64,000 nt of DNA from Caecitellus pseudoparvulus (taxonomy: Eukaryota > Protista > Bigyra: Bicosoecida): assembly GCA_965644315.1 (NCBI GenBank), contig CBFFRQ010000050.1, forward strand, positions 62,001-126,000, given 5' to 3'. The notes beneath the pieces are model-generated. The model had not been told where the DNA came from, did not search any database, and was given only the letters and a program-made list of their open reading frames with translations. The position numbers and the translations under genes were made by a program. Positions 20,601 through 31,000 of this stretch are shown piece after piece (the stretch's first letter is position 1; each line of letters opens with the position of its first letter).

Positions 20601-23600
20601 GTCATCAGCGCTGCCGTCCCTCATCAGTGCGGCAGGTGGGACCACTGTGCAGATTTTCGGTTCGGGCTTTGGTGAGGCGCAGGGGGATGTCATTGGCGTG
20701 GCGCTGGGAGCAGCCGCCTGCACGAATGTTGTGCTGGTGTCGGCAACCCGACTACGGTGCCAGGCGCCATCGCTGCAAGACAGCCTGTCCGATGCTGACC
20801 GAGTCGTCGTGCGAGTGACGACGGCAGTGGGGCTGGTGGGTGTGTCGCCGCCGGGGGTTGTGTCGTACGTGGAGCCTGCAGTGTTCCTGGTGCGCCCCAG
20901 CAACTTGCTGCATTCCCCGCCTGGCTTCGGGAACACGTACAACATCACGGTCGTCGGCTTGGCGCTGGGGGATCCAGCCCTCCCTTCCCCTGGCCGCATG
21001 CTGCTGGCTGGCAGCAACTGCGTTGCCTTGCAGGGCACGCTGACCCTTGCGCCTGATGCCCGCCAGATGACCTGCACTGGCGTGCAGGCTGCCCTGCTGC
21101 CTCGAGAGGTGGGGGCGGCCTCAGAGGCGTCACGCGTCGTGGCCATCACGAACGAGGGCTTGTCTGTGCCTTCCCAGCTGGGGGAGCTGCGCATCATGGG
21201 GCCGCCGGCCGTGAGCAGCATCTCCCCGGGCAAGGCTCGGGCAGGGGACACGCTGTCCCTCGCAGGTCGGAACTTTGGCTGGGCAGCTGAGGAGGTGACG
21301 GGCGTGTGGGTGGGTCCTGTGCAGGTGCCTGCAGCTGACGTGTCGTGGGCAGGCCCCATCTCCCTGTCAGTGCGGGTGCCCGCCCCGTTGAGTGAGGCTG
21401 TGCAAGACATCGCCGGACTGCCGGTGCGCGTGGAGACGGCGGGAGGGTGGCGCAGTGAGAGTGCCCCTGAGAACACCTTTGCGTACGACAAGGACCCTCT
21501 GCCCCCTGTGACAGCGCCTGTGGAGCTGTGCGGGTTCCGTGACGCCACTGATGGCATCGCTCGTGTGGAGTTCTCCTGGGCTGACGACGAAATCACCCTG
21601 TCGTTCCCAGTGCAGGAGTGGGTGGTGCAGTTCACGACGCAGCCTTGGTTTGACGGCGTTGTGGGGGCGTCGGATGTCCAGACCCGCATCCTGCGCAACG
21701 TGGAGAGCGATGATGTCGTGTACGCCGCCACGGCGTCAGCTGCATGTGGCAGGGCAGGCAGCAGTGGCAACAGCACGAGTCAGGCGCGTGCATTGCAGAG
21801 CAGCAGCGGTGGCCAGCGCCTCATTGTGCGTGTGCTGAACACGCCCTCACAGCCGTTCTGGATGCGGGTGTATGGCGTCACAGACGCCCAGCGGCGCAAT
21901 GCGACGTCTGGCCCCGTCTCCCATGTCATCGGCCCAGTGTACGCCAAGTGCGACCGTGACGAGTACCTGGCGACCCAGCACGCTGCACGTGGGGAATGGG
22001 CGCAGGCTGTGTGCAAGAAGTGCCCCGAGGGAGCGGTGTGTGGTGGAGACACGTGGGAGGCGCTGAGCAATGTGAGGGGGTACTTCCGCGTGCCGTGGAG
22101 CCCTGACGGCTTGCACTTCGAGCGGTGCAGGCTGGACGAGGCGTGCCCCAGCGGGGCGGCCGTGTTCATGGACACGCGAGGCGGGAACGGCACCGTGCCA
22201 CGGGGGGCCTTCAGCAGCGCCTCCACAGCTGCCATCCACCAGGAGTGCGCGACGGGGTATGAGGGGCCGCTGTGTGGGAACTGTGAGTTTGGCTTCTCGC
22301 CACAGGTGGACGGCCTGTGTGTGCCGTGCGGCCCCATCCACCTCGTGCGCTTGGCCTTTGTGGGGGGTTTCTTCACGGGCGTGCTCATGATCAGCTTCCT
22401 CATCCGCACAGCCCTGAGGTCACGAGGTGCGACGACCAAGCCCCACGTGGCCCTGGCCAAGCTCATGCTGGTGCACTTGCAGCAGGTGGCGCTGGCATCT
22501 GCTTTCCCCATGCAGTGGCCGGCATCGCTGGAGGCGATGTTCGCGCTGTTTGACGCGTCGTCCAACGTTGGCGAGGCGCTGCTCAGCATCGACTGCCTGG
22601 GGTACGACCTCACCAGCACATTCTTGGGGAACGGCATCGTGCAGCTGCTGCTGCCCATCGCTGCCGTGTTCATGGTGGTGATTGTGTGGACGCTGGCGGA
22701 GGGGGCACGCATTGCCCTGTGGTACGGCGGCTCTGCGCGCCCGGACGACCCACTGGTCGCTGTGAACGGCTATGCCCCGAAGGCTGCTGCGCACTTGAAA
22801 TCGGCGGAGCAGCGCATCATTGTGTCGCCGACTGCTGGGCGGCCTGTGGCAGAGGCGGCAGAGGGCGCGTTTGACGACGCACGCTTGGCTGGCGTGGCAG
22901 CCAACCCCATGTTCCACACCAGTGAGGACAAGGCGCTGCTGGAGGCAGCCAGGCAGGCCGCCGCGACACCCAAGGTGGTCACGGACGCCCCCACGCCGTC
23001 GTCGCAGCCCAAGCGCCTGCATGGCGTGTGCCTGGACCCCGCAGAGCAGGCGGCGGAAGGCAAGGCGGCAACGCCCACCGTGGCGGAGCAGGCACGCCCC
23101 ATCACCAGCCGGGCCCGCGCCAACCGCATGGGGTCGCTGGCGCGGTCCAAGCGCAGCGTGAAGCCGAGCCACGCGCCGGGCAGCGTGCTCACGGCCAAGC
23201 CAGTCATCATGACCCCCTGGAAGTGCTTCAAAGTCTCCATCATTGTCGTCTTCTTCGTCTTCCAGCTGAGCCTGACCCGCACCGCCCTGTCCATGTTCAC
23301 GTGCACCACAGTGTCTGGCCGCAGCATGCTGGTGGGTGACTTGCAGTTCGACTGCGACGACAGCAGCAACCATGGCTGGATGTACGGCGTGGGCATCGCC
23401 GCCCTGGTCGTGTACGGCTTCGGCGTGTCTGGCGCGACAGGCACCGCCCTGTTCTGCAGTCGGCACCGCCTGCGTGAGCCGGAGACCCGCGCGGTGTTGG
23501 GGTTCCTCTTCTCCTCCTTCCGAGAGGAGCGGTACTACTGGGAAATCGTCGTGCAGATGCGCAAGGTGGGGCTGGCCTTCGTGGGGGTGCTGCTGCGGCC

Positions 23601-23952
23601 CTCCGGCATCGGCGTGCAGACCACTGCGGGCACGACCCTCATGGTCATTGCGTCCCTCCTGCACAACGCTGCACTGCCCTACCGCAGCCATGTGCTGAAC
23701 CATTTTGAGAACGCGTCCATCGTCGTCACCATGGTGACGCTGAATGGCGGCTCCACGCTCATCGACCCTGACTCCACCCCTGCCGCCAAAGCCTTTGTGA
23801 CTGTGCTCATCTTCGCGCTGAACATACTGTTTGTGGGCGCGCTGTCGGCGGCGCTGTTCCGGCTGCTGTGTGGCGACCTGGGGACGCAAGTGACGGTGCG
23901 CCGGGCCTTCCGAAACATCGGGGCCAAGCGCAGAGGAGAGCAAATCAATTGA
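14626..23952 (+). CDS. Giant RCC1-propeller / IPT-TIG / multi-TM receptor, paralog B
   Basis: 3293-aa ORF 14071-23952. Likely start is the in-frame ATG at 14626 (MRPAFVFGLALLLACSPCRG signal peptide). Same domain order as A. Confidence 0.9.
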   Translation: MRPAFVFGLALLLACSPCRGSYQALHLRRSHPPSTAVRLPCGVRVAERTDGLQVDLEEATFRSEPRLLRWDFQLSARGVPEHLVAVASRASTNFANNASLRTPPVELGDATNVTSYTASWWWLADIPWDALDTVSLWKHAILAAGGPDGLPALPHNSTTPPPGMYAGPGPTLSSPANVALRVEVVFPWLPSPGPHVRAEPWVWDGAGWRNSSEFFHAGFASGHPSHWYDVLGGTGQATQWQDGWAAPVTNATVSVYVHHGALRHSRVISRVRGQRVVVGGNQTSPWVDRDGLCGAGVCGAGLVPFAEVVGVGEVVGGVGGWGLWPEAGRRSAQCSERVVMIRATSLHTCALSNQHRLWCWGYGSHGMLGYGSDAGVGVSDDVAAAGPVPVGGAVASVFLGPYTSCVVLSSGRAKCWGYGAHMQLGQGTYAQSIGVTDLPSDWPPIELPHGNPQVFAGAAAYISTCLLTVRPGNNLFCFGHSTSSWGFIGTFPDTSAYIPNTSNSSLVDTGGVSVVDFGIGPRHRCAVLASGHLRCWGDNLHGAAGLGLGESAVIGDDESILSVPVVDLGSYSDRVVAVSIEPQEYLTCVTYDDGNFACWGASITLGGHARMPQGFAGIGDDETPGNASDPFVFPSQLPMARAIAGRYRWCGLFSNGQLKCSGIQHGFYDGHRDGIGSASASPDSLVPVATDDFVVDAALNAWGGCILTATGSVDCYGSIAEAAGVNVKSFVPQAAWYYSGSVVLDVNMSQCTARCLTEEGIVRDCLVDSNTARLSQAVAVSEASLALQAATQQAVVDVSLSVIAACAVLISGDVKCWGTYAAGQGAIPAAVNLQQTEPVYTGSFGQTGGRTVAAAGGFYSMCFLLSTGGLRCGGLDLLGSSGYGGGIVYYSHLGPSLAEAGDIDVGEPLLSVSSAFYTRCGITVSRQVRCWGYGFYGSLGLPGVTISGYLTPPSSTPSVSTGIPDPVHISCQHATCAVISSRGTFRVWGYNGGFLLGTSQGTVTGPGISGPMLGNNEHPHLAPEVSLSHPVLDIQVGVNVMCALVSNGSVVCWGVCGAGNCGVPGRTGAQALPSMPFVDIGEAAISVAVGDAKACAVGVSGAVFCWGSPSAVLGYGDQEKVGGSVHPSTKGGLDLGGASAVSVHMYSRTRTTCARLKDGGVACWGPSSPALGSGKSGPVGASAPVGLTRVLPLRNELQIARYTDVRAFSPKFSLSGVPELMPAIARLRCQDCDGLRFHAIPAWLQDLMHPSMAVDLLYAPYFQGAACIRLGLTTKRVGPWSSACTWPEAESSAAADGTLLNLTDVSAGLLPGLPAAGAGFVTVHGTFWALGLFDKEQTALFIGQHECSSLVIFPGARTLGCTLPPLSNATSSFAQATVYHSIPTLPNPWTSSTTFRYRAPTLLALVPESGMSIFGGTVALQGADFGLPHDNATGTGLVAEVGIAVLVDGVEGLCAGLSHVSTSSASCSLPPGYGSRTLRVRVADQVSNAVQLRYATPALTSVDPSFIVLSPAAGMVNASVTLHGSALGRSAGDVAVWVGGVACPQVMWVSGAEVRCEGLDTASLPPSTVQVGVSVEVAGAVAELPASVRLFGSMQVFTVAGVPVPVGGGTVSMDGLNFGRAEGQWGAGAAGDIAAVTVGGVACTGVRAISSTRASCTVPAGVGSLSPVVVHRDGGWNASLASAALEYAAGNVTGVSPVYLLRAVGGAALVPRVSLFGADFGSIAAPTANAAITGSIAGLPCASWAYVSPEQVDCVGLNSSQLQADARAEVLVSVAGAPYSTRTATVHVFGQPVVFSVQPSTVPVHGARVQLVGDGFGRADGQYGAPRSGDILGIALGPDSLPCTDIQVLSDTRLECDVPSGTGLLSPVTLQRAGGWSVQYVDAALQYAAARVQSISPRYVLAPASASAVLDVALLGEGFGVSFAAGPVGAMQGSVGGVPCGHVEYVNDTVVWCRGVALGNVSLDSRAEVQLVVSGVQAVTGLQLRVYGHPGVSSALPSLISAAGGTTVQIFGSGFGEAQGDVIGVALGAAACTNVVLVSATRLRCQAPSLQDSLSDADRVVVRVTTAVGLVGVSPPGVVSYVEPAVFLVRPSNLLHSPPGFGNTYNITVVGLALGDPALPSPGRMLLAGSNCVALQGTLTLAPDARQMTCTGVQAALLPREVGAASEASRVVAITNEGLSVPSQLGELRIMGPPAVSSISPGKARAGDTLSLAGRNFGWAAEEVTGVWVGPVQVPAADVSWAGPISLSVRVPAPLSEAVQDIAGLPVRVETAGGWRSESAPENTFAYDKDPLPPVTAPVELCGFRDATDGIARVEFSWADDEITLSFPVQEWVVQFTTQPWFDGVVGASDVQTRILRNVESDDVVYAATASAACGRAGSSGNSTSQARALQSSSGGQRLIVRVLNTPSQPFWMRVYGVTDAQRRNATSGPVSHVIGPVYAKCDRDEYLATQHAARGEWAQAVCKKCPEGAVCGGDTWEALSNVRGYFRVPWSPDGLHFERCRLDEACPSGAAVFMDTRGGNGTVPRGAFSSASTAAIHQECATGYEGPLCGNCEFGFSPQVDGLCVPCGPIHLVRLAFVGGFFTGVLMISFLIRTALRSRGATTKPHVALAKLMLVHLQQVALASAFPMQWPASLEAMFALFDASSNVGEALLSIDCLGYDLTSTFLGNGIVQLLLPIAAVFMVVIVWTLAEGARIALWYGGSARPDDPLVAVNGYAPKAAAHLKSAEQRIIVSPTAGRPVAEAAEGAFDDARLAGVAANPMFHTSEDKALLEAARQAAATPKVVTDAPTPSSQPKRLHGVCLDPAEQAAEGKAATPTVAEQARPITSRARANRMGSLARSKRSVKPSHAPGSVLTAKPVIMTPWKCFKVSIIVVFFVFQLSLTRTALSMFTCTTVSGRSMLVGDLQFDCDDSSNHGWMYGVGIAALVVYGFGVSGATGTALFCSRHRLREPETRAVLGFLFSSFREERYYWEIVVQMRKVGLAFVGVLLRPSGIGVQTTAGTTLMVIASLLHNAALPYRSHVLNHFENASIVVTMVTLNGGSTLIDPDSTPAAKAFVTVLIFALNILFVGALSAALFRLLCGDLGTQVTVRRAFRNIGAKRRGEQIN
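14962..15627. repeat. Inner inverted-repeat arm, partner 13007-13672
   Basis: Near-identical reverse complement of 13007-13672. Confidence 0.95.
18769..23928. repeat. Outer inverted-repeat arm, partner 4754-9913
   Basis: Near-identical reverse complement of 4754-9913 with scattered substitutions. Confidence 0.95.
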
Positions 23953-24099
23953 TTCGAGATATGGTGACCTTTTTCACAACATTTGGTATCACAGCTTGCA
24001 TCTTTCGCAGAAGTCGTAACTGCAGGAAGTCAGGCGGTTAGGGCCTGCTCATTCCGCAGAGAATCCGCACCAGTGATCCCCTTCTACACCTCTTGCATC

Positions 24100-25054
24100 A
24101 TGGCAGGACAGGGAAGCGCCGCAAAGCTTGCGCTGGTGACGGGATGCAGTGCTGGTATCGGTCGTGCGCTGGCGCAGCACATGTCTGAGGCCGGCATTCG
24201 CGTTCTCGCCGTTGCAAGGCGGGCTGCAGTGCTTGCGGAAATCGCAACGGAAAGCGGCGCTGGTATCGTTCCTGTTGCTGCTGACGTGTCGACAACGGAA
24301 GGCAGGTCCAAGATTCTGCATGCTGTGGAAGAATCTGGATCCAAGCTTTCCTTCGTTGTGCACAACGCTGCAGGTGAGGAGAGCCAGGCGGTGCCGAGGT
24401 CGTGCCACAGATCTGCGAAGTTAGCCTCCGCTCACACTCTCTTCGCCTTGCACAGTTGTGGGGCCTGTGGGAGTGGACTTGAAGGATGTCGATGAGTCTG
24501 CGTTTCGAAGCATGATGGAAATCAATGCCTTTGCCCCGCTCTTCTTGACGCAAGCGCTGCTCCCTCACATGGCCACGCCTGGGGCGCGAGTGCTGCACAT
24601 TTCATCTGGTGCCGCCCACCGCCCGCTGGGCGGTGCGAACCCTTACTGTACGAGTAAAGCAACTCTGTTCTTCCTGTATCGTGCCCTCAAGTCAGAGTTT
24701 GAGCTCGAGAAGGATGCAGATGGGAAGCAGCTGGTGCTCATCGGCTCCGCTCGGCCGGGCGTCGTTGACACTGGCATGCAAGTCAGCTTGCGCGGGCAAG
24801 ATCAAGACAAGTACCCCTTCGCTGCTGCCTTGGCTCAGAAGTACGATGCCATGGACCGCACAGTCGCCGCTGACGCAACGGCCAAGCCGCCACCCAGTGA
24901 CGCGCTGGATACGGCAACCAATGCGGGGCACTTCCTCACTTGGCTGCTGACTGGAACGACGGATGAAGAGTTCGGGGGAGAAGAGTGGGATATCCGCGAG
25001 ACGTCCCACCACGGCCGCTGGTGCAAGGAGGGGACCAGCGCCTCCGGGTCGTGA
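24100..25054 (+). CDS. Short-chain dehydrogenase/reductase (sepiapterin/benzil reductase-like)
   Basis: Motifs LVTGCSAGIG, VHNAA, ISSGAA, catalytic YCTSK and RPGVVDTGMQ. Intron 24374-24455 joins the two ORFs in frame. Confidence 0.9.
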
Positions 25055-25069
25055 AACAATACACTGCAT

Positions 25070-28000
25070 TCACTTCAAAGCAATGGCGGGCTTTCCCCGC
25101 GTTCCCTGTCCCGATTCGCTGCTAGCAGACTGCCGAGCAGGCGTGGCTTGAGAGGCGGCTGTTGCTTTTTCTTCCTTTCCCCTGCTGGTTCGCGCTGGCC
25201 CTGGCGAGAAGCTTGACGATGAGCGTCGCCTGGCCATACTAGGCCGCCTCATAAACATCTTGGACAACTCCGCAGCGTGCTTCGGATCGCGTGCTTGGCT
25301 TGCCGTTGCCTGGACAGAGGCGGATTCCTGCTGCTGCGGCTTGGCTTGCGCCGGACCTGAACCCGAGTGGGGAGGCTTCTTGCGCAAGCTCAGCGTGGAG
25401 AAGAGTGAGCTGAAGGCTGAAGGGGCAGCCTTTCGCTTCGCCCTTGGCCCATCTCCGGTTTCTTCCTCGTCAACTGCGTCCTTTTGGCCAGGGGCCTTTC
25501 CTTTCATGCGTTCTGACACACGGCCAAGCGCCTCTGCCAATGCAGCCTGGGTTGAGGCATCGGAGCAAAATAGACGCAGCAGGATGTAAAAGATTGCGCC
25601 GAAGTAGGCCATATTGAACACTACAATGAGCACAGAAATCATGCTCTTCCACGTTGGCGAGGCCCGGGGATCGATGAGGGTGGAACCACCATTAAGGGTG
25701 ACGAGAGTCACGACAATGGAGGCATTCTCAAAGTGGTTTAGAATGCTGCTCCTGAAAGGCAGCGCGGCATTATGGGCCATGGAGGATGCAACCATGAGCG
25801 TCGTGGCAAAGGTTGCCTGGGTTCCGATCCCTGACGGTCGCAGAAGAACACCAATGAATGCCATGGCAATCTTCCGGAACTGGATAACAATCTCCCAGTA
25901 GTAGTACTCATCACGGTAGGTGCTGAAAAGGAAGCCAAAGAGAGCCCGCGTCTCTGGCTCCTTCAGCTTCTTTCGGTTCAAAAACAGCGCCAGTCCAGTC
26001 ACAAGTGACACGCCAAATGCGTACGCGAACAAGCATACGATGCCTGCCCCGTACATCCATCCGTGATTCGCCGGGTCATCGCAGTCGAACTGAAGGTCTC
26101 CAGCCAGCATCCGCCGACCGGCAACCGTGGTGCAGGTCATGAGCGACAAGGCTGACTTTGTCAAATTCAGCTGCAGCACAAAGAAGAGAACAATGATGGA
26201 CACCACGAAGCACTTCCATGGAGGCATTTCGACCACACTTGACTCTGGAGGGGGGGAAGCTGGCGCAGGCAGCTCCTTCACGGGCGGCCTGCTTGTCGGC
26301 AAGGAAGGGTGCCGGTGGGACGCATGTTCTGGGGCTGGACCACCTCGCATGCGTTCCCACATGCCACTGAACAAAGACCCGCCAAGATGCATGGACAACC
26401 AGAAGAGACCCAGCACAAGCACTGCAAACACGGGAAGTAGAAGTTGTGTTGTACGATTGCCGAGGAAGGAGGAAGCCAGGTCCCACCTGAGGCAGTCGAC
26501 CGACAACAGAGCATCGCCCATGCTGGAGCCAGCGTCGAACACCGCAAACATTGCCCTCAGAGCAGGTGGCCACTCCATTGGGAAGGCAGCAGCCAGTGCA
26601 ATTTGTTGCAAGTGCACAAACAACAACTTTGCCAGCGCCACGTGAGGCTTCGCGGGGTTCCCGCGTGACTTGATTGCAGTGCGGATGAGGAACGCCAGAG
26701 CCGCTGAACCTGCAAGCAAGCCACCGATGAACCCAAGTGTTGCAACGCCAGTCTCAGCACACTGTTCGCAGTTCAAGTTGATTTGGGGTGCATATCCCTC
26801 CTGGCAGTTAGCACACATGGGACCCTCATACCCTTCCGCACAATCATTGACAATAGACGACGTCGATCCAGCCGAGAACGCACCGAGAGGTGGCGATGTG
26901 AAGTTCCCTTCCACAAACCCTGCAGCATTGGCAGGGCACGCCTCCTTGACTGCACACTTCGCAAACAGCATGGCGTCCTCGCTCCATGGCACACGGTAGA
27001 ACCCAGGCTCGTTGCTGACACTCTCCCACGTTCCTCCACCACACAGCGCACCATCAGGGCAGGGTCGGCACACCGCGCCTTCCCAGTCGCCCCGCGCGGC
27101 AAACTGTGTGGCAAGGTACTCCTGCCTGTCGCACATTGAGTAAACTGGGCCTATTGCCTCGGATGCTGGTCCTCGAGTTTCAAGTGGCCGACCGGGATCT
27201 GTCACGGCGTAGACGCGCATCCAAAAAGGCTGCTCTGGGGTGTTCAGCACGCGGACATTGACGCGCTGAGGCGAGCCTTGCAGGCGCCTGCTCCCTACAG
27301 AAATTTGAGAGGCTGCCACTGATCGGGCACACTGCTGCGATGGCGACGACAGGTACGTAACTTCGTCGCCAAGCACATTGCCCACGAACCGCGTCTCGAC
27401 TGCTGCCGGTGCTGTCTCACTAACGGGTGCAAACCATGGCTGGGTTGAAAACTCAACCATCCACGTCGTAACAGGGAACTGATCTGTGATGGAGTCCTCC
27501 TCCAGCACGAACTCAACGCGTGCCAAGCCGCCATCAGACGCCTCACGGAAGCCGCACAAACTCCGAGGAGCATTCAGGGGAGGCAGTGCATCCCGCTCAT
27601 ACTCGAACAGCACAGGCGCTTCACCTGCCTGCACTTGACTCGCTGAACTCCAGCCTGCTACAGTCTCGATGTCTACCCGAAGGAACCTGTTGTCTGCAGC
27701 TGCGTTCGAGCGTGCTGGGGGGACCACCACCTGCACACCTCCAACCCCCGTGCGTACGATGTCACCTGGCGCGACAGGAATACCCCCAATGCTAACGGCT
27801 ACAATATCACTCTGCTGCCAGCCAAAGTTTCTGCCAATGATCGTGAGGGTGCCCCCAGCCCGCACCTTTGCCGGTTGCAGCGAAGTCACGATGGGCGGTG
27901 GCATGACCCTCATCGAGCCGGGCTCGGACGTGACGAGCAGTCCCTCGTTGGTTCTTATGCGGACGTGCGAGTTTGGGTCGTCCACAGCAACTTCAAATGG

Positions 28001-31000
28001 AAACTTATTGGCGCGGAATCCCTCGCATGTCAGGCTCCGACCAAGGTCGCCCAGCAACACTTGACCACCGGCGCCCACACAATCGACGCCTGCAATGGAC
28101 ATCGTACCATTCCACGGCAAATCGCTTCGCCCCAAAGCGTTTCCAGTCGCCACGAACGTGTAGGTCAGCGAGCTCGAGTTGTGTGCGTGCAGAACCTCTG
28201 TTGGCGTGGCAACGTACACGTCTGGAAGGTCGTAACGCACAGCGTCTGCCTGTACAGCCGAAGCAAGCCCCGAGGCCGACACAAGGAACCCTTCCACCAC
28301 TGGGCCTGGATCAGACATGCCGTGTGTGGCATTAGCCCAGCCTGGAGCAGTGCAGCGCAGAGAAGACTCGCTGATCAGGACGACGTCCCTGCACTCAGCA
28401 GACCCAAATCGAACAGCCGCAACGTCAGATCCAACCTCTCCGAAATTGCGTCCTAAGATGCTGAGCTCAGCGCCACCGCCAGCTGGAATCAAAGCTGGAA
28501 GAGCAGGCTCAAGAGTTGGGGCACCGTACACCCGAAGCGAGATTGACTGCGTCACAGCCTGCACGCCCGACACCACCAGCCGCACCTCCGCACGACTGTC
28601 CAGACTCACATTCCCCAACGCCACACCCCGACACCACACCAACGTGTCGTTCACGTACTCGACATGCCCACATGGCACCCCACCCACGCTGCCCTGCATG
28701 GCCCCCACAGGGCCCGCCGCAAACGACACACCAAACCCCTCACCCAACAACGCCACATCCAGCACAGCACTCGCAGATGCAGGCGCCAACACGTACCGCG
28801 GCGAGATGGACTGCACACGAGCCGCCGCATACTGCAACGCAGCGTCCACATACTGCACACTCCACCCCCCCGCACGCTGCAGGGTCACAGGACTCAGCAG
28901 CCCCGTCCCACTGGGCACGTCGCACTCCAGCCGCGTGTCGGACAGCACCTGGATGTCGGTGCAGGGCAGGGAGTCAGGCCCCAGGGTGATGCCCAGGATG
29001 TCCCCTGAGCGTGGGGCGCCGTACTGCCCATCAGCACGCCCGAAGCCATCCCCCACCAGCTGCACACGGGCACCGTGCACTGGGATGGTGCTTGGGCGGA
29101 CACCAGTGACCCGAGGCTCGTCGAAGACGTGCACGGTGACACCAACAGTGTCTGCAGTCAAGTCCTTAACCTGGAGGGCGACGCTGCTGCGCTTCCCTCG
29201 AACCAGCGCAGAGCCATTCAGCCCGCTGCACAAGACACTGGTGCCGTTGAGGAACGTCGCTTGCGCACATGGCAGCCCCGCGACCGTGCCTGACAACAAA
29301 GTAGATGGCGTAGGACTTGCAAGGGACCCAAAACCTGACCCCATGAATAGCACAGATGCATCGCTTGGGGAACTGGGCACGGTTTTGAGCAGGAAGACTG
29401 GGGACACGATTGTGATCACTGGGCGCTCGTACGTCAAGGAGGCTCCTTCCAAAGTCGCATTGGCGCCCCCCAACCTCCTCACTGCTATTGGTGAAAGGGT
29501 CCCGACGCCTGGTGGAACCTGACAAGATAACCTCGAAGAGGACAACACAATGATGCCAGTGCAGGGCACGGGTGGAGTTCCCAACGCAATGGCGGTGATG
29601 TCACCCGCGGGGGGGGCTCCGTACTGTCCCAATGTTCGGCCTAGATTCCTTCCGTCGATGTTGATCACGCCTCCCGAGTTTGGCACTGGCATTGGCTGTG
29701 CAACGAACAGTGTCATCGGGCCAAAAACGGTGACTGACGCAGCAAGCACAGCCGCAGGCTGGCCTCCGATCACCACACTGGCAGGCGCAAGCAAGGAGCT
29801 CGTGGAGATGTGATGCATGTCAACGTCAAGACACGAAAAACTGCTGGAATTGTGCCACACTTGGGATCCACATGGTGCCCCTGCCACCGTCGCTGACAGG
29901 TCGGCAACCTCTCTGCCAAGGTTTGCTCCTGATAAAACGAATGAGGAGAAGTGGCTGGACTGAGATGGGCTCCAGAGTGCGAACTTTGGGGAGATATCGT
30001 TCAGTGCTGGCTTCGCATATTCCAAGTCAATGGTGGTGCTTAGCTGGCCGAGCACGGACACTTGCAACGTAGCTGTGCCATACCCAGATGGCAGGTCGCA
30101 AGACAAGCTCGTGTCGGAGAAGTGAGTCACGTTCGAGCAAATAACTCCGTGGGACGGCACGCTCACAGAGTAAGCGGCAATTGGAATGCCTAAGGAAGTC
30201 GATGTGTCGTATGGAACTCCAAAGAACTGCCCTTGAAGTGTAATCCGCTGTCCGAAGATGGAAACGTCGCGCTGTGGCAAGACCCCAATGATCACCGGCG
30301 CAAGATACGAAACGTTGAAAGGCGCTGACAACTCGGTTGGCACCCCTGGAATAGAGGCGCGAATTCTGGGCGCGAAAGACACACTTGAGGCAGAAGACAA
30401 AGCTGGCGCCAAGCAGGAGAGCAAAGAACCCGAGGCCAAGATGCGAGGAAAGCGACACTCCTGCCCTCCCAAGAAAACTTGGTTCATGCCGTCGTCAAAG
30501 AGAGCCATTGCCCAAAACACGCCATGCAGTTCCAAAGCATCACCGCCTGCAGGGGCCAGTTGCGGTGTTGAGCGGGAGGGAACACCAAAAGACGTCACAG
30601 ACAGGACCGAGTCTCCAGGTGAATAGTGCTCAGGCCAAACACACACGCCGGGCCAGTTGGCCACGTCAAGAGTGCTGAGACTCATAAGTGCGCACGCCAC
30701 ACCGCCTTGTGCGGGTGAAAATGGGAAGTCTATTTCCCCTGTGGAAGCGACAGCTTGACCAAGCCATCTGGGCATTGCATGAAGGTTGGAGACATCGCAC
30801 TCAACACATCGCCAATGAGTCCAGCGCTGGGCTTCCCCAAGCCCCCCGAGGACGCCTGTAAGCTTGAAGTCGAAGGAGACTCCACGAAAAGTAGAGCCCC
30901 TTGGTAGGTGGACAGCACTGGGCTTGTACCGCACCGAAAGGTCAGCGATGCTGCCGCCTCCGCCGACGGCGTCACTGGAGCCGTAGCCAAGGGCCCCATT

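Noticed and set aside
18747-21776. Long antisense ORFs (also 7533-9923, 4793-6262, 22420-23943, 28317-29522)
   Set aside because: Shadow frames of GC-rich coding sequence with no domain-like motifs.
4754-23928. Transposon or virophage/Polinton with long terminal inverted repeats
   Set aside because: The arms are receptor coding sequence. No transposase, integrase, polymerase or capsid ORF was recognised.
4754-23928. Fold-back chimera artefact of a single gene
   Set aside because: The arms differ by scattered substitutions, and the cassettes and leaders are distinct intact ORFs. Read-level confirmation is still advisable.
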